Counted from the first letter of the stretch, positions 21,826-32,700 are shown. The stretch: 64,000 nucleotides of DNA from Escherichia coli (GCF_002854065.1 NZ_CP024151.1); one strand, 5' to 3'. Notes: a model not told the origin generated them from the sequence alone. Numbers and translations are program-made.

Positions 21826-24647
21826 AATGGCCCCTTCAATCGTTCTTTCTTATCATCCACCATCTGTTTTAACGCATCTTCAGACGGTGTTGGCATTAAT
21901 TTCTGTCGTTTATTTTCTTCATTATATCTGTTGTTTTGTTGAATTTCTTCCTGTTTGTGATTATTTTTTAACTCTGAATATTGTCTGTCTACAATATTTT
22001 CTTCGCCATGAATACTATTCTGAGTATCTCCGATATTCCCTTTATATTCTGTGACCATATTATCAACCTGATGTTTTACATCATTACGGATATTACTGTC
22101 CTGCGTTCTTTGATCAATAATGGCCTGATGCCCCTGATGGTCAGCAATAATATCCTGGCTGCCACCACCCGAAGGTACGCTCTCCATTCCTTTACCAATA
22201 TCCCCACGGGATTCACGCCAGGCATTATCAACACCAGGCTGCACCTGTTCCTGAACAAAAGACCATGCCATCGCCCGACGGCGTTCTGCAATCTCCGGTG
22301 AACTGGTGTTTGTCAGAATAGCTTCGGCATCCTGCGGTGCGTGTTTCATCACATACTGTGCAAACTGTTGCGACAAATCTTCGCTCATCTGCCCACTCAT
22401 GCTTTCAGTACGGGATGCCATTTCAGCATATTCATGGCTGCGGGTCATATTCGTCGTGTACTGGTCGTAACTCTGTTTCGCTGAGTTCAGGGCTGCAGAC
22501 AACTGGTCCACGCGGGAATCGGCATTATTGTCAGTATGGCTGCCGGATTCACTGACTTTGCGACTGGTAAAGTAATCGCTGGCCTCTTTAAAGTCCTTAC
22601 TGGCTTTAGCATCGATATCATGGCGAGCATCATGGGTAGCCCTGCTGCCACTACTTGCTGAATGTGAGTCATCATCCGTTGCATCCAGGCTCCCCTTAAA
22701 TCCACCTCTGATGCCTACCCCACCACCAACACCAAGAATTTTAGGTTTAACCCCCCATTCAGCATGAGCATCAGCATACATTCCACCAGATAGCCTGGTA
22801 CTTGTTGATGCCAGTTCCTGAGTCGCCTGCTCATTACTGATATTATGCGCCTTCGCATAGCTTTCCACTGCACTGCGCATACGGCTGGCCATCATGGAGT
22901 CCTGAGCACTCATCGTGCTGTCAGCACCACCGGTGACAGAATCACTGCTCCCCCGGTTAGAACCAAACTGACTGAGCGTGTTCCAGGCACTGGCAATACT
23001 GCTGCTGAACCCATGCAGGGCACTTTCTGCTCTGTTCGATGCTTCCCGGGCCATTTCCTGTTGTGCCGCCGCAATCTGACGCGTTGCATTGATGCCGACC
23101 GGTAACCGGGACATCGCTCCGCTTGCATCCATCACCATATTACCGTCACGGGTCTGTGTGGCGGTTGCGCCACTGCCGGTCTGGTACATCATCTGACCAA
23201 ACGACGTGGTGCTGTTGGTGCTCCAGCTGAAGCCGTTAACATTCTCCGTCTGCATGTTGCCGTAGGAGTAATTACCGTCAACCACACTGCCTGCTGCACT
23301 GGCGGTCGGGCTGATAGCAGAGGAAGCGAAATGGCTGTACACACTGGAAAATCCTGCCCCGAGCCCCCTGACCATCATCCAGGATAATGGCGGGATCATC
23401 ATGGAAAGATACCCGGCAGTGGAAGCCAGATCGGAGTATTTCAGCTGTATCTGTGAAATTTCCGAGAGCACCACCGGTGCACCATTCTGCTTTGCATAAA
23501 ATGTCATGGCGCTGTTCAGAATGGCGTACAACATTGGCCATGACTGCAACCACATCAGGGCAAACACATAGCCTTTCAGGACGGACAGCGTCAGTTTGTT
23601 GAAGACAGCCGCCAGTACCAGGAGCGGGAAAATACCGATGGCGATCCCCGTCAGGATGGTCTGCGTCATGGGCAGTGTCCGCATCGCCACATGACCGATG
23701 GAGACATGTGCCAGACGTTGCTTCTCCATCGATGATGTGGTGGCCAGATTCACCAGGCTGGCCGAATCACCATTACGTGCGGCATAACTGGTGATCCCCT
23801 CCTTCAGCGCATTGATGGTGACATTCTGGCGGATGATCTGGCTGGCTGATTTACTTGAGCCATAGAAGTAACTGTAACTGTCGCCAATCAGCGTACTGAA
23901 CAACAGGTTCGGATCAGGGCGTCCACCAAATAGCTGCTGGGCATAATAATGCCATGTTTTTCCGCCACTCTGTGTGTCCAGATTCAGCTTGTCTTTCAGC
24001 GAAACCGACGCGTCCTTACAGGTCACGAAATTATTATTGCTGTCATAAACGCCCCGCAGCGGACTGGGGCGGGAAAAAATCAGCGTGTAAGGATCAGCGG
24101 AGGCCATCAGTTCCTCCAGCGTGTATTTGTGGTTCAGGTAAATATCCCCCATCACGCAGTTCTGCACATAATCCTGGAAAAGATTGGCGATTTCCGGATT
24201 ACGGGACAAAAAGTCGGTGCTTTTTGATACCAGTTCTGCGCCAAACAGCATCCCCGTTTTGCTGTAGGTGACACTGTCCGGTTGCGTGAAGATCATCTCG
24301 TAACTGGCCACCATTGCATGCCCGATACGGGTCGTCAGTGAAAGTGGCATCGCCAGTCCGACCGGCACATTATCCACCCGGTGAACTTTGACCAGGTCAC
24401 TGTTATCAATAATCTGCACCGATGTGCGGACATTAACCAGCAGGCTGATAAGCACAAACACGGCCACCCAGCCCAGCAAATCCATCACGTTGTGCCGCTG
24501 TACCCACATTACGGCCACCGCGAGAACAGACAATGTGAGCGCAATTTTTTCAATGGAATCCCACGTCCGGGTCCCCATAAAGGCGGCAATGGCATTCAGG
24601 TTATTCCGCAACCACTCACCACCGGCAATCACATAAACTTCATTCAC
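21822..24647 (-). CDS. traG: TraG mating pair stabilization / pilus assembly
   Basis: 941 aa MNEVYVIAGGEWLRNNLNAIAAFMGTRTW...; GTG start overlapping traH stop. Confidence 0.95.
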   Translation of the reverse strand: MNEVYVIAGGEWLRNNLNAIAAFMGTRTWDSIEKIALTLSVLAVAVMWVQRHNVMDLLGWVAVFVLISLLVNVRTSVQIIDNSDLVKVHRVDNVPVGLAMPLSLTTRIGHAMVASYEMIFTQPDSVTYSKTGMLFGAELVSKSTDFLSRNPEIANLFQDYVQNCVMGDIYLNHKYTLEELMASADPYTLIFSRPSPLRGVYDSNNNFVTCKDASVSLKDKLNLDTQSGGKTWHYYAQQLFGGRPDPNLLFSTLIGDSYSYFYGSSKSASQIIRQNVTINALKEGITSYAARNGDSASLVNLATTSSMEKQRLAHVSIGHVAMRTLPMTQTILTGIAIGIFPLLVLAAVFNKLTLSVLKGYVFALMWLQSWPMLYAILNSAMTFYAKQNGAPVVLSEISQIQLKYSDLASTAGYLSMMIPPLSWMMVRGLGAGFSSVYSHFASSAISPTASAAGSVVDGNYSYGNMQTENVNGFSWSTNSTTSFGQMMYQTGSGATATQTRDGNMVMDASGAMSRLPVGINATRQIAAAQQEMAREASNRAESALHGFSSSIASAWNTLSQFGSNRGSSDSVTGGADSTMSAQDSMMASRMRSAVESYAKAHNISNEQATQELASTSTRLSGGMYADAHAEWGVKPKILGVGGGVGIRGGFKGSLDATDDDSHSASSGSRATHDARHDIDAKASKDFKEASDYFTSRKVSESGSHTDNNADSRVDQLSAALNSAKQSYDQYTTNMTRSHEYAEMASRTESMSGQMSEDLSQQFAQYVMKHAPQDAEAILTNTSSPEIAERRRAMAWSFVQEQVQPGVDNAWRESRGDIGKGMESVPSGGGSQDIIADHQGHQAIIDQRTQDSNIRNDVKHQVDNMVTEYKGNIGDTQNSIHGEENIVDRQYSELKNNHKQEEIQQNNRYNEENKRQKLMPTPSEDALKQMVDDKKERLKGPL

Positions 24648-26020
24648 AGCGTGCTCCCTCCGAAGTGATAGTTGTTCTGGTAACGACTGAGCATGCGGGC
24701 GGAAAGCTGCTGACGCATGTAGCTCATCTGACGATCGACAACCAGCAGCGCATCCTGCTGTACCTGCACCTGTGACTGAAACGCCGCAATCTGCCGGGTG
24801 GCATCATTCATGTTGTCGTTAATATGTTCGATAACTGCTTCGTCATAATTTCCTGTGGCCACCATCGCCCGGGCCTGCTGTATCAGCTCCTGAATGTACT
24901 GCAGCAGGATGTCGTAACCGATATAGTCCGTCAGCTGGTAAATCATACTGTTGGAAACACCGAGCATTTGCGGGTCAACCAGGTATTTGAAGACGGGGAT
25001 GGTGGTACTGGAAATAAAGCCTTTTTCCTTGTCATCCAGAGGCGTGTCACTGACCGCCTTGTTCTGAATGCTGGCCAGAAGTTTAGTAATCTGAGACTTC
25101 AGTGCATTATCCCGGCTGATGGTCACCGGTGTGTCTGCCACCACTTTCAGGCATTTATCAGAATCGTTGCAGTGATAAATTTTTGCTGTGCCGCCTTCCA
25201 TCATGGCCCGGATAATTGAGCGGTCAGTGGTTCTGGCTGATAGCGGTGTGATTTCGCCGTTGGGACCAAACACCAGTGAGCCGGTCAGCGTCATCACAAA
25301 TTCTTTCAGCTCTTTGTTGCCATCAAACATTCTGTTTTTGGAAAGCGCATTCCACATGATGTTGATGTTTTTGGTCACCCGCTCCTTATCCTTGTCGCTG
25401 GCTTTATCCCTGACGCTGTCAGATTTCCCGCCAACGGTACATCCCTGCCGGGAAGCCGCCCAGTCAGCAAAAATATTGCTCTCACCGGCAATGTCCTGAC
25501 AGACTTTCTGCTGGGACACCTGCGTCCGGGGGAAAAGCCCGCCGATAATCCCCTGTGCAGCCTGGCAGGAACTGAGGTTCATACTGTTAATGTCGCTTGC
25601 CATTTTCTGCAGGAAGTCTTTTGCGGTTTTGATTTCCGGCACCGTTGTCTGCAGGGCAAGGTCAAAAAAGTAACCGGCAGCATTGCTCATAATCTGCTTA
25701 ACAAAACGCTGCAGCTGCTCGCCATTAATAAAACTGAACGAACCGAGGTAGGCGTCGATGCCGCCACATCCGGCATTGATATCCGGCAGCGTCATGGAAA
25801 TCAGCTGAACATTTTTGACCTGAGTACGGGCATACAGGGAGCCACCGTAAGCATAACCGGCGGCCTGCCCCTGCCAGACGCCCGGCTGTGTGGTATTGGA
25901 GGCGAAGCCCAGCTTGTTAAAGAACTGATTCATGTCGCTGTTCACATCCGCTGACGCTGCGGGTGTGACCGTCAGTAAAGCAGCACAAAGAACCAGAAGA
26001 GGTTTAATGCGTGGCATCAT
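24644..26020 (-). CDS. traH: TraH pilus assembly protein
   Basis: 458 aa MMPRIKPLLVLCAALLTVTPAASA... Confidence 0.95.
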   Translation of the reverse strand: MMPRIKPLLVLCAALLTVTPAASADVNSDMNQFFNKLGFASNTTQPGVWQGQAAGYAYGGSLYARTQVKNVQLISMTLPDINAGCGGIDAYLGSFSFINGEQLQRFVKQIMSNAAGYFFDLALQTTVPEIKTAKDFLQKMASDINSMNLSSCQAAQGIIGGLFPRTQVSQQKVCQDIAGESNIFADWAASRQGCTVGGKSDSVRDKASDKDKERVTKNINIMWNALSKNRMFDGNKELKEFVMTLTGSLVFGPNGEITPLSARTTDRSIIRAMMEGGTAKIYHCNDSDKCLKVVADTPVTISRDNALKSQITKLLASIQNKAVSDTPLDDKEKGFISSTTIPVFKYLVDPQMLGVSNSMIYQLTDYIGYDILLQYIQELIQQARAMVATGNYDEAVIEHINDNMNDATRQIAAFQSQVQVQQDALLVVDRQMSYMRQQLSARMLSRYQNNYHFGGSTL

Positions 26021-26319
26021 TCTTGCCCTCCCTTAATTTGTTCTCCCGGCGCATACGACATTTCAGCAGGAATATCCTGATATTTCCGTCCAGTCCTGCG
26101 GCTGTAATATATTTCAGACACCGAAATCCATCCCACAATTGCCCCCACAAAAAACACAACAGAAACAGAAAAGGTAAGGCACAGCGAAACGACAATTTCT
26201 ACAGGGCTGGCGGGATAAAAAAGCCCCTGACGGATAAAGGGGATATTCAGGCTGACGATTATTCCCGTCGCGATGCCGGATATTCCGGCAATGAGTAACA
26301 CCACCTGCTTATTTCGCAC
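26017..26319 (-). CDS. trbJ: TrbJ-like small membrane protein (start uncertain: GTG at 26319 or ATG at 26379)
   Basis: ORF between trbB and traH with hydrophobic core VVLLIAGISGIATGIIVSL; only ~290 bp separates trbB and traH so a separate trbF is absent. Confidence 0.45.
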   Translation of the reverse strand: MRNKQVVLLIAGISGIATGIIVSLNIPFIRQGLFYPASPVEIVVSLCLTFSVSVVFFVGAIVGWISVSEIYYSRRTGRKYQDIPAEMSYAPGEQIKGGQE

Positions 26320-26854
26320 CTTTTTTTCCTCCGTACATCTGCAGAACGGTATCCATCCGCGCCATAAAACCGGCGGCATCCGTTGCCCCCTGTAAAAGCG
26401 GTAATGCCTCAAGCGTGTTGACGTTGACCAGGAAGGTGGTCGGTGTGGCCACCGGGATATTCGGGAAGAAGGTCTGCATCACGTCCGGTGGCACCGGTAA
26501 TGCTTCCGGAAAGGCGGTATCCCCCTGACCATCCAGGGTGTAGGGAAAAACGGAAAAGCCGTACTGCTGTGCCAACTGCTTCAGTACCGGGTCAAACTGG
26601 TGACAGTAAGGGCAATGCCCCTGCATAAACAGCACCACCTTCCAGTCGGCCAGGTTAACCTGCCTGCCGTTGCTGAGGCGGAACCAGCGGGGAGCCGGCT
26701 TTTCTGTCCTGGCTGATGTGTCTGCTGCCGGTTGTGCAGGCTGCGCGGCCATGCCCTGCGGATTCCAGAGTCGTTCAATTTCATCCCGGGTGGAGGCCTG
26801 CACGGCAGCGGCTGCCAGCAACAGGGTGAACAACAGTGATTTAATGAGAGACAT
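26309..26854 (-). CDS. trbB: TrbB periplasmic thiol-disulfide isomerase (DsbC-like)
   Basis: 181 aa with signal peptide and CPYC active-site motif. Confidence 0.9.
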   Translation of the reverse strand: MSLIKSLLFTLLLAAAAVQASTRDEIERLWNPQGMAAQPAQPAADTSARTEKPAPRWFRLSNGRQVNLADWKVVLFMQGHCPYCHQFDPVLKQLAQQYGFSVFPYTLDGQGDTAFPEALPVPPDVMQTFFPNIPVATPTTFLVNVNTLEALPLLQGATDAAGFMARMDTVLQMYGGKKGAK

Positions 26855-27125
26855 GTCTGCCCTCCTGCTGCCCTTCCATCATGGCCTGTTGTCTTGCTTC
26901 CAGCGCCTCACGCTCTTCCCGGCTGACACGGGCAATCCATGCATCCAGCACCTGGTATGCGCCGAACAGCACGAGAATGGCCGCAATCAACTCCGCCAGA
27001 AAAAAAGCCATCCAGGGTTTGCTGTAAACAAGACGGGCGACGATATGAAACCAGACACCCAGGGAAAATACCCACATTCCCGTAATATCAAGCCGGGGTA
27101 AAGAGAATCTGCGTTTACTTATCAT
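26841..27125 (-). CDS. traQ: TraQ pilin chaperone
   Basis: 94 aa MISKRRFSLPRLDITGMWVFSLGVWFHIVARLVYSKPWMAFF... Confidence 0.9.
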   Translation of the reverse strand: MISKRRFSLPRLDITGMWVFSLGVWFHIVARLVYSKPWMAFFLAELIAAILVLFGAYQVLDAWIARVSREEREALEARQQAMMEGQQEGRHVSH

Positions 27126-27243
27126 GTTAAACTCCGGTTATTATTTACATGAGAGTATTTATGTCTGTAATATTCGCGTTTGTGTGATATTAATCAGATC
27201 AACCTCATTATTTTGTATGGTTTTTATTACCGTTTTATATGAC

Positions 27244-27591
27244 TTAGCCTGTCATAAGCCCCCTTATAAAAAACCACATCACTCCGGACCATACTGATGA
27301 CAACATAATACAGATAAATATTCTTCTGAACCCGTCGAAGCTCGTAACATTCGGTAATGAGCCAATAACCATTGGAACAACCATTGCTGCGCCCTGATTC
27401 ATAATTGCACCACACAGAAACCAGAGACTGGCAGTCAGCACATATAAACACGCGATATTAATAACAAGGAAAACCAGTGAGCTCAGGAGAAACATTTTCC
27501 TGTCATTACGCTCAGAAAAAAAATAACCGGCAATAATGACAAATATTAACAGAACAACACCTGTAAACAGTTTCAAATAATCTTCACTCAT
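27244..27591 (-). CDS. trbA: TrbA inner-membrane protein
   Basis: 115 aa hydrophobic MSEDYLKLFTGVVLLIFVIIAGYFF... in the conserved position between traQ and traF. Confidence 0.85.
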   Translation of the reverse strand: MSEDYLKLFTGVVLLIFVIIAGYFFSERNDRKMFLLSSLVFLVINIACLYVLTASLWFLCGAIMNQGAAMVVPMVIGSLPNVTSFDGFRRIFICIMLSSVWSGVMWFFIRGLMTG

Positions 27592-27606
27592 AAATCAAAT
27601 CCGCGA

Positions 27607-28350
27607 TTAAAAATTGGGTTTAAAATCTTCAGAAACGTTTAGGAATTGTTTTGCCAGGTCGTCCTGCGAAATAAAGCCGTATGATAACGGGCGAACACTG
27701 CCCTGTTTCGGGTCAACCAGCATCATGGCCGGGAAATATTTCACGCCGAGGCGCTGCGCCTGCCCCTGGTCAGTCCGGGAATCCGGCAACAGCGGATTAA
27801 TCACACCATCCACGGAAACGGGAATAACACTCAGACCATAGGTATCCCTGAAGCCATTAATGACCTGCGCCAGCTGCCCGTCGATGGGGTCCTGCCCCCG
27901 GTAAAAGAACATGATGCCGTAGTGTTCAGCCAGTTTCGCAATGGCCTGTCGCTGCTGCACCTGGTCTGCCGCCAGCTGGTTCCGGACCGTGCCGTTGTAA
28001 TGGCTGTACTGCAGGTTATAGTCCAGTTCGGGATGCGCCAGCATGGATTTTTTGGCGCTCATGGTGAAAAGCCCGGCCTGCTGAGTCCAGTAATTCTGCA
28101 GCCGGAAATATTTCACAAAATTATCCACGCCGGGATACAGAATAGCTTCGTACAGCGCCCGCTTTGTTGCCGTCTGCAGTGCGGCCAGTTTCTGCATAAT
28201 GTCCGGCTCCTGACGGGGGGCTGCAGGTACTGGTTTATTTTCTTTTTCCTTCGGATTTATTTTCTCGTTATACCACTGCCAGCCTGCATCTTTTCCTGAC
28301 GCCGGAAAAATAAAGCAGCAGAGTAACAGTGGCAGTAATGCTTTATTCAT
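27607..28350 (-). CDS. traF: TraF pilus assembly protein (thioredoxin-like fold)
   Basis: From internal ATG: MNKALLPLLLCCFIFPASGKDAGWQWYNEK..., 247 aa as in F. Confidence 0.95.
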   Translation of the reverse strand: MNKALLPLLLCCFIFPASGKDAGWQWYNEKINPKEKENKPVPAAPRQEPDIMQKLAALQTATKRALYEAILYPGVDNFVKYFRLQNYWTQQAGLFTMSAKKSMLAHPELDYNLQYSHYNGTVRNQLAADQVQQRQAIAKLAEHYGIMFFYRGQDPIDGQLAQVINGFRDTYGLSVIPVSVDGVINPLLPDSRTDQGQAQRLGVKYFPAMMLVDPKQGSVRPLSYGFISQDDLAKQFLNVSEDFKPNF

Positions 28351-28603
28351 CTTCATTCCTTTCATCACTTTTTCTTTCATCAGGTTTCTGCAGGTCAGTC
28401 AGGGCAGAAAAACAAAAATACAGAATAAACAGGAGCACACCGGAGTAAAAAATAACGAAAGCAGCAGCAAGTATCTCACCTGCAGTGGTTTCTTTTACCG
28501 TATCCCACGACCAGATAATTACCGGGGAAATGACAATCGCTGTAATCAAAAGCCGGATAAGAAAATCAATAAAACGGTTCGACGTGAATATGACTTTCAT
28601 CAT
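28343..28603 (-). CDS. trbE: TrbE small membrane protein
   Basis: 86 aa MMKVIFTSNRFIDFLIRLLITAIVISPVIIWSW..., overlaps traF start. Confidence 0.8.
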   Translation of the reverse strand: MMKVIFTSNRFIDFLIRLLITAIVISPVIIWSWDTVKETTAGEILAAAFVIFYSGVLLFILYFCFSALTDLQKPDERKSDERNEDE

Positions 28604-28626
28604 TTTCCCCGGTTATTTTCCCTACC

Positions 28627-30435
28627 TTACTGTCCTGCCTGTTTCAGCTGGTCAGCAATCTGCTCTTTCACTTTCTGCGTCAGAACACCACTGTCCGGGA
28701 TTTTCTGGTTATTCATCAGGTCTTCGTAGAAGTTAGTGAAATCCAGTCTGTCGAACTGAATTTTCTGCAGCTCATCAACCGTAATCCCCCGACAGTCAGG
28801 ATGCTTCGCACTGCCAAAACTGATACGCAGCTGTCCGTTGCGCCCCTGCTGCTGGACTATCTGCGCCAGCTTCGAATCAAACTGACAGTAACTGCGTTTT
28901 TTCTCCAGGCAGACACCCAGCACTTTCTTCGAACAGAACTCTCCGACACTGACGGTCAGTTTGTTTGATTTTGCTTTAGCCAGGGCTTTTTCATCACTGC
29001 TGCATTTGGCCAGCCCGATATCCTGTCCCCAGCCGCTGTCCTTACAGCAGTTGCTGTATCCGGCTGCAGCCTTCTTACAAAATTTCGCCTGACCGGTGAA
29101 AGCACGGACATCCACCCCGTTCAGCGCCGCAACATCCTTACCTGCTGCGGCCAGTGCCGCCAGCTGAGAAACGGCTTCGGCAAAATCATTACTCTTCCCG
29201 CTCTGAGCCTTATCGCATTCGCCATCGAGACAGAAGACGTCTCCCCCACAGACCATCATTTTCCCGGATGTTTTTGACTCACAGGAGTACGTGGCATATT
29301 CATGCAGACAGGCACCTTCTTCGGAGTAAAAGGCGCACTGGTGTGACACCAGGGTACAGGCAGGATTGTCGGTGTAGGTCTGACAGGTTCCCTTGTCTGC
29401 TGACTGTGTGACATACGTGTCCCGGTATGCCCAGCAGCTCTGGTACATGCTGTATGACTGACCGTCTTTCACCAGCGTCCTGTTCCCGCCAGCCTCCGTA
29501 CATTCTGTTTTTGTCAGTTTCCCCAGCTCCTTGCTGAACGGGCAGCTTTCAGACCAGACAACATACGGGGTGTACGAGGCTTTTTTTACCCTGACAACCA
29601 GACGCAGCTTCATTGCCGTATGACGTCTGAATTTTGTATTCCCGACCCGGACGGGGTGAGATGACGTAAAAGCCACACCGGCAGTCAGTGTTTTCTGTAC
29701 TGGTGTAAATGAGGCATCTGCTGAGTATTTGGCATTCCAGCTCAGTGGGGTTCCCAGTACTGTAATTGTCATAGGTACACTCTTCTGCAGGTAAGTACGA
29801 CTCCAGCTGTAATGCGCATCGACAATTTCACCGGTAACGGGAGAGGTAATGGAGACAACATACTGACCATTCACTTCACGTGCAGGTAGCTGACTCATTT
29901 CATACTCCAGCGTCCGGGTTTCCCATGTGGTACTCCCCTGCAGCTCCATACGGGCAGTTCGTGTGCAGTACTGCTCCACCTGTAAATCCCGCTCACAGGA
30001 GTAATTCGTGTATTCACTCCGGCTAATCTCCTGCGCACTGCACTGCTGCCCGGTGTTTCCCACAATGCTGTCAGCCCGGTTCACCACATCCCTGCCGGTC
30101 TGGATAAACGGTGCATCCGGTGAAAGAATGTCTTTCGGCTTGTTCATGAATGACTCTGTGATGGTTTTTCCGGTTTCACCGGTCGCCCATTCCGTGGTGC
30201 CGTCATTTTTCAGGCCGCCATCCCCGCCGGCAGTCACGCCACCGTAGTATTTTGTCTCGTCCGGATTCGCGTTATAGCCGGGGATACTCTCCTGTGGCTT
30301 AAAGCCCTGAATACTGCTGCTTCCCTGTCCTTTGATCTGGTGAGCAAAATCAGAGCCGGCCCGGTAATCACTGTTGCTGTCAGCCTGTGCCATGCCGGCA
30401 ACCAGAGCCAGTATCAGAGGTAAAATACGTTTCAT
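28627..30435 (-). CDS. traN: TraN outer-membrane mating pair stabilization protein
   Basis: 602 aa Cys-rich, MKRILPLILALVAGMAQADSNSDYRAGSDFAHQ... Confidence 0.95.
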   Translation of the reverse strand: MKRILPLILALVAGMAQADSNSDYRAGSDFAHQIKGQGSSSIQGFKPQESIPGYNANPDETKYYGGVTAGGDGGLKNDGTTEWATGETGKTITESFMNKPKDILSPDAPFIQTGRDVVNRADSIVGNTGQQCSAQEISRSEYTNYSCERDLQVEQYCTRTARMELQGSTTWETRTLEYEMSQLPAREVNGQYVVSITSPVTGEIVDAHYSWSRTYLQKSVPMTITVLGTPLSWNAKYSADASFTPVQKTLTAGVAFTSSHPVRVGNTKFRRHTAMKLRLVVRVKKASYTPYVVWSESCPFSKELGKLTKTECTEAGGNRTLVKDGQSYSMYQSCWAYRDTYVTQSADKGTCQTYTDNPACTLVSHQCAFYSEEGACLHEYATYSCESKTSGKMMVCGGDVFCLDGECDKAQSGKSNDFAEAVSQLAALAAAGKDVAALNGVDVRAFTGQAKFCKKAAAGYSNCCKDSGWGQDIGLAKCSSDEKALAKAKSNKLTVSVGEFCSKKVLGVCLEKKRSYCQFDSKLAQIVQQQGRNGQLRISFGSAKHPDCRGITVDELQKIQFDRLDFTNFYEDLMNNQKIPDSGVLTQKVKEQIADQLKQAGQ

Positions 30436-31070
30436 TTCCCGGAATCTCCTTTCCCTGCCAGTAAATCATGAGCCACCTGCCGGCAGTCACCCGTGGCGGC
30501 CACTTTCTCCAGCGCCTGGCCGACCCGCAGGTTTCCCCGGATGATGTCGTATCCCTGACTGCAGAACACCACCAGTGCCGGTACACTGCGAATGCCGTAC
30601 TGTGAAAACAGCGTCGGGTCGATCTGAACACCATCAGTCGCGCCGTCTTTCACCAGGGACAGTACGGCTTCAGCGGTGGTCTTCAGGTCATTGTTCACCA
30701 TGCCCCGCAGTGTGGCGGGTATACCGTAGTGCCGGGTTTCGCCCAGCATTCGTTTCAGCCCCTCTTCGGGAATGGAAAACGACACAAAATACAGGGCACC
30801 CTGCCGGGGTTTCCCGTCCTGCGAAGCCTGCTGTTTACGAACCAGCTCATCCAGGAAATGGTTATCTGAACGCTGAAGGGGGTTTTCCAGCACCTGCTTC
30901 TCCGCCCAGGCTTTCAGCTGATGGTCAGGTTTTTCACGCAGTTGTCTGCTTAAATTTTCCTGCTGCTTCAGGAACTGGCGGTTTTCAGGAGTGTTCACGT
31001 TTTCTGACGCCATAACCGCCCCGTTCAGCATCATCAGCAGTGCTGCCAGAGATTTCATACTCAGCTTCAT
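30432..31070 (-). CDS. trbC: TrbC pilus assembly protein
   Basis: From second Met: MKLSMKSLAALLMMLNGAVMASENVNTPENRQF..., 212 aa. Confidence 0.9.
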   Translation of the reverse strand: MKLSMKSLAALLMMLNGAVMASENVNTPENRQFLKQQENLSRQLREKPDHQLKAWAEKQVLENPLQRSDNHFLDELVRKQQASQDGKPRQGALYFVSFSIPEEGLKRMLGETRHYGIPATLRGMVNNDLKTTAEAVLSLVKDGATDGVQIDPTLFSQYGIRSVPALVVFCSQGYDIIRGNLRVGQALEKVAATGDCRQVAHDLLAGKGDSGK

Positions 31071-31078
31071 CATTCACC

Positions 31079-32071
31079 TCACAGGAAGACACAGTTACGT
31101 TTACGCCACATCAGGTAGCCGAAGTTTTTCTTTGTATTGGGCGGATTTTTCCCGGTTTCCCAGCGGGTCACACTGCGCCCGAACGGGTGGCACTGTCCGC
31201 TGTCCGGGTACATATTCACCATCTGATAACGCCAGCGTTCTTTGGGCAGGATTGGGGACGGATATTCATTACAGACGGCGTTATTTTTCCCGATGGTTTC
31301 CATAATCATGCCCTGACGGTGCAGCTTGAACGCCATGCGTTCACTGACCAGCAGGGAGGACTGCAACGGACTGGACTCATTACTCACCCAGCCATTGAAC
31401 GGGTACATACTGCCCTGCGAACCGGCACACCAGAACAGAACATCGAGAGGCATATTAAAGGCGCTGGCAATGGCATCTGCTGCACAGGCCCCCTGTGCTA
31501 TCGGATTGGCAAAGATGACAGCTTCCGGATTGAGAATGGTGGTCAGGCTGCTGTCCGTCCAGGTGGGGTCAATTTCAGAAAGATAAGCGATATCCAGGTC
31601 ACCACCTTCCAGACAGCCCAGCGATGTGATGATGTTAAGCCAGTACGTCAGCGGGTATTTGTACCAGTGAACGTGATAGAACGCCCCGTTCACCTGCTTC
31701 TCATCTTTTTTCGCCGTTCCCTGTGCCGTTTTACCAAAAGCCGGCAGGCTGAAGCCCAGGTTAACCATGCATCCCGGTGACCGGGTGACGTCCGTCAGCG
31801 CCATCGGCTCCCAGTAACCAATGGCCAGCCCGATACGCCTGAACAGCGGCGGCGGTGCCGGACAAATCTGAATGGGCATCGACGGGTTCGCCGTGTCGGG
31901 GACCTTACCCTGACTGACTTTGATACTGCCCAGCGAGAGCGGGAAAATACAGCTCCAGCAGATATCCGTGATCGGGTTTACAAAACGCCCCTCACAGGCA
32001 GAATCCGCAGACGCTGCAGGGACATGACCGGCGAGAAGGAATAACATCAGCAGCCACAGGCTTCGCTTCAT
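31079..32071 (-). CDS. traU: TraU pilus assembly / DNA transfer protein
   Basis: 330 aa MKRSLWLLMLFLLAGHVPAASADSACEGRFVNPITDICWSCIFPL... Confidence 0.95.
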   Translation of the reverse strand: MKRSLWLLMLFLLAGHVPAASADSACEGRFVNPITDICWSCIFPLSLGSIKVSQGKVPDTANPSMPIQICPAPPPLFRRIGLAIGYWEPMALTDVTRSPGCMVNLGFSLPAFGKTAQGTAKKDEKQVNGAFYHVHWYKYPLTYWLNIITSLGCLEGGDLDIAYLSEIDPTWTDSSLTTILNPEAVIFANPIAQGACAADAIASAFNMPLDVLFWCAGSQGSMYPFNGWVSNESSPLQSSLLVSERMAFKLHRQGMIMETIGKNNAVCNEYPSPILPKERWRYQMVNMYPDSGQCHPFGRSVTRWETGKNPPNTKKNFGYLMWRKRNCVFL

Positions 32072-32700
32072 TTTCTGCCCTCCTCTGCCGGAATAAATTC
32101 CACCTTCAGGAAGCGATCGCCGGGAACGGCGCTCACCCGTGCCGGGACCTGATCAATGCCGAGGCGCTGGCAGAGCACACCGTTCTGGTCAAAGTAAACA
32201 CGGCTGTCCAGAGACTTCTGCATCTCCGGGATACTGCCCTGCACGAGGATAATTTTGCTCTCCAGTGTGGGCGGCGTCTGGCGTTTCATCCAGGCCACCT
32301 GCGCCGGATCATCGCCATTGATGAAATACAGCGTCTGGTTAAAAGGAACATACTGCAGCGGATTCATCACTTCACCCTGACGGGCAAACACCCGCCCTTC
32401 GTTATCCCGGATATCCGCAGCCAGTCTGACGGACGGGTCAAACAACCGGCTACCGTATTTCTCCGTGCGTCCGATACCGGGCACGGCAGGGGGCCGCAGA
32501 CTGTTGCGGATCACCCGCTCCTTAAAGGCATCCATTTTCCGGCCCATCTCACCGGACTGCTCCAGTGCCGTCAGGCGCTGCATGATCACCGTCAGCATGT
32601 CCGGCTCCTTTACCGGCCACAGATCGCCCCAGGTACCAAGATCGGCGGCGGCCACACTCTGCCCCCATATCAGCAGGGCAATCAGCCCCCGGCATCTCAT
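32068..32700 (-). CDS. traW: TraW pilus assembly protein
   Basis: From internal ATG: MRCRGLIALLIWGQSVAAADLGTWGDLWPVKEPDMLTV..., 210 aa; ATG directly after trbI stop. Confidence 0.9.
   Translation of the reverse strand: MRCRGLIALLIWGQSVAAADLGTWGDLWPVKEPDMLTVIMQRLTALEQSGEMGRKMDAFKERVIRNSLRPPAVPGIGRTEKYGSRLFDPSVRLAADIRDNEGRVFARQGEVMNPLQYVPFNQTLYFINGDDPAQVAWMKRQTPPTLESKIILVQGSIPEMQKSLDSRVYFDQNGVLCQRLGIDQVPARVSAVPGDRFLKVEFIPAEEGRK

Noticed and set aside
26004-26195. 63 aa ORF overlapping the traH start
   Set aside because: Alternative frame of the trbJ-like region overlapping two supported genes.
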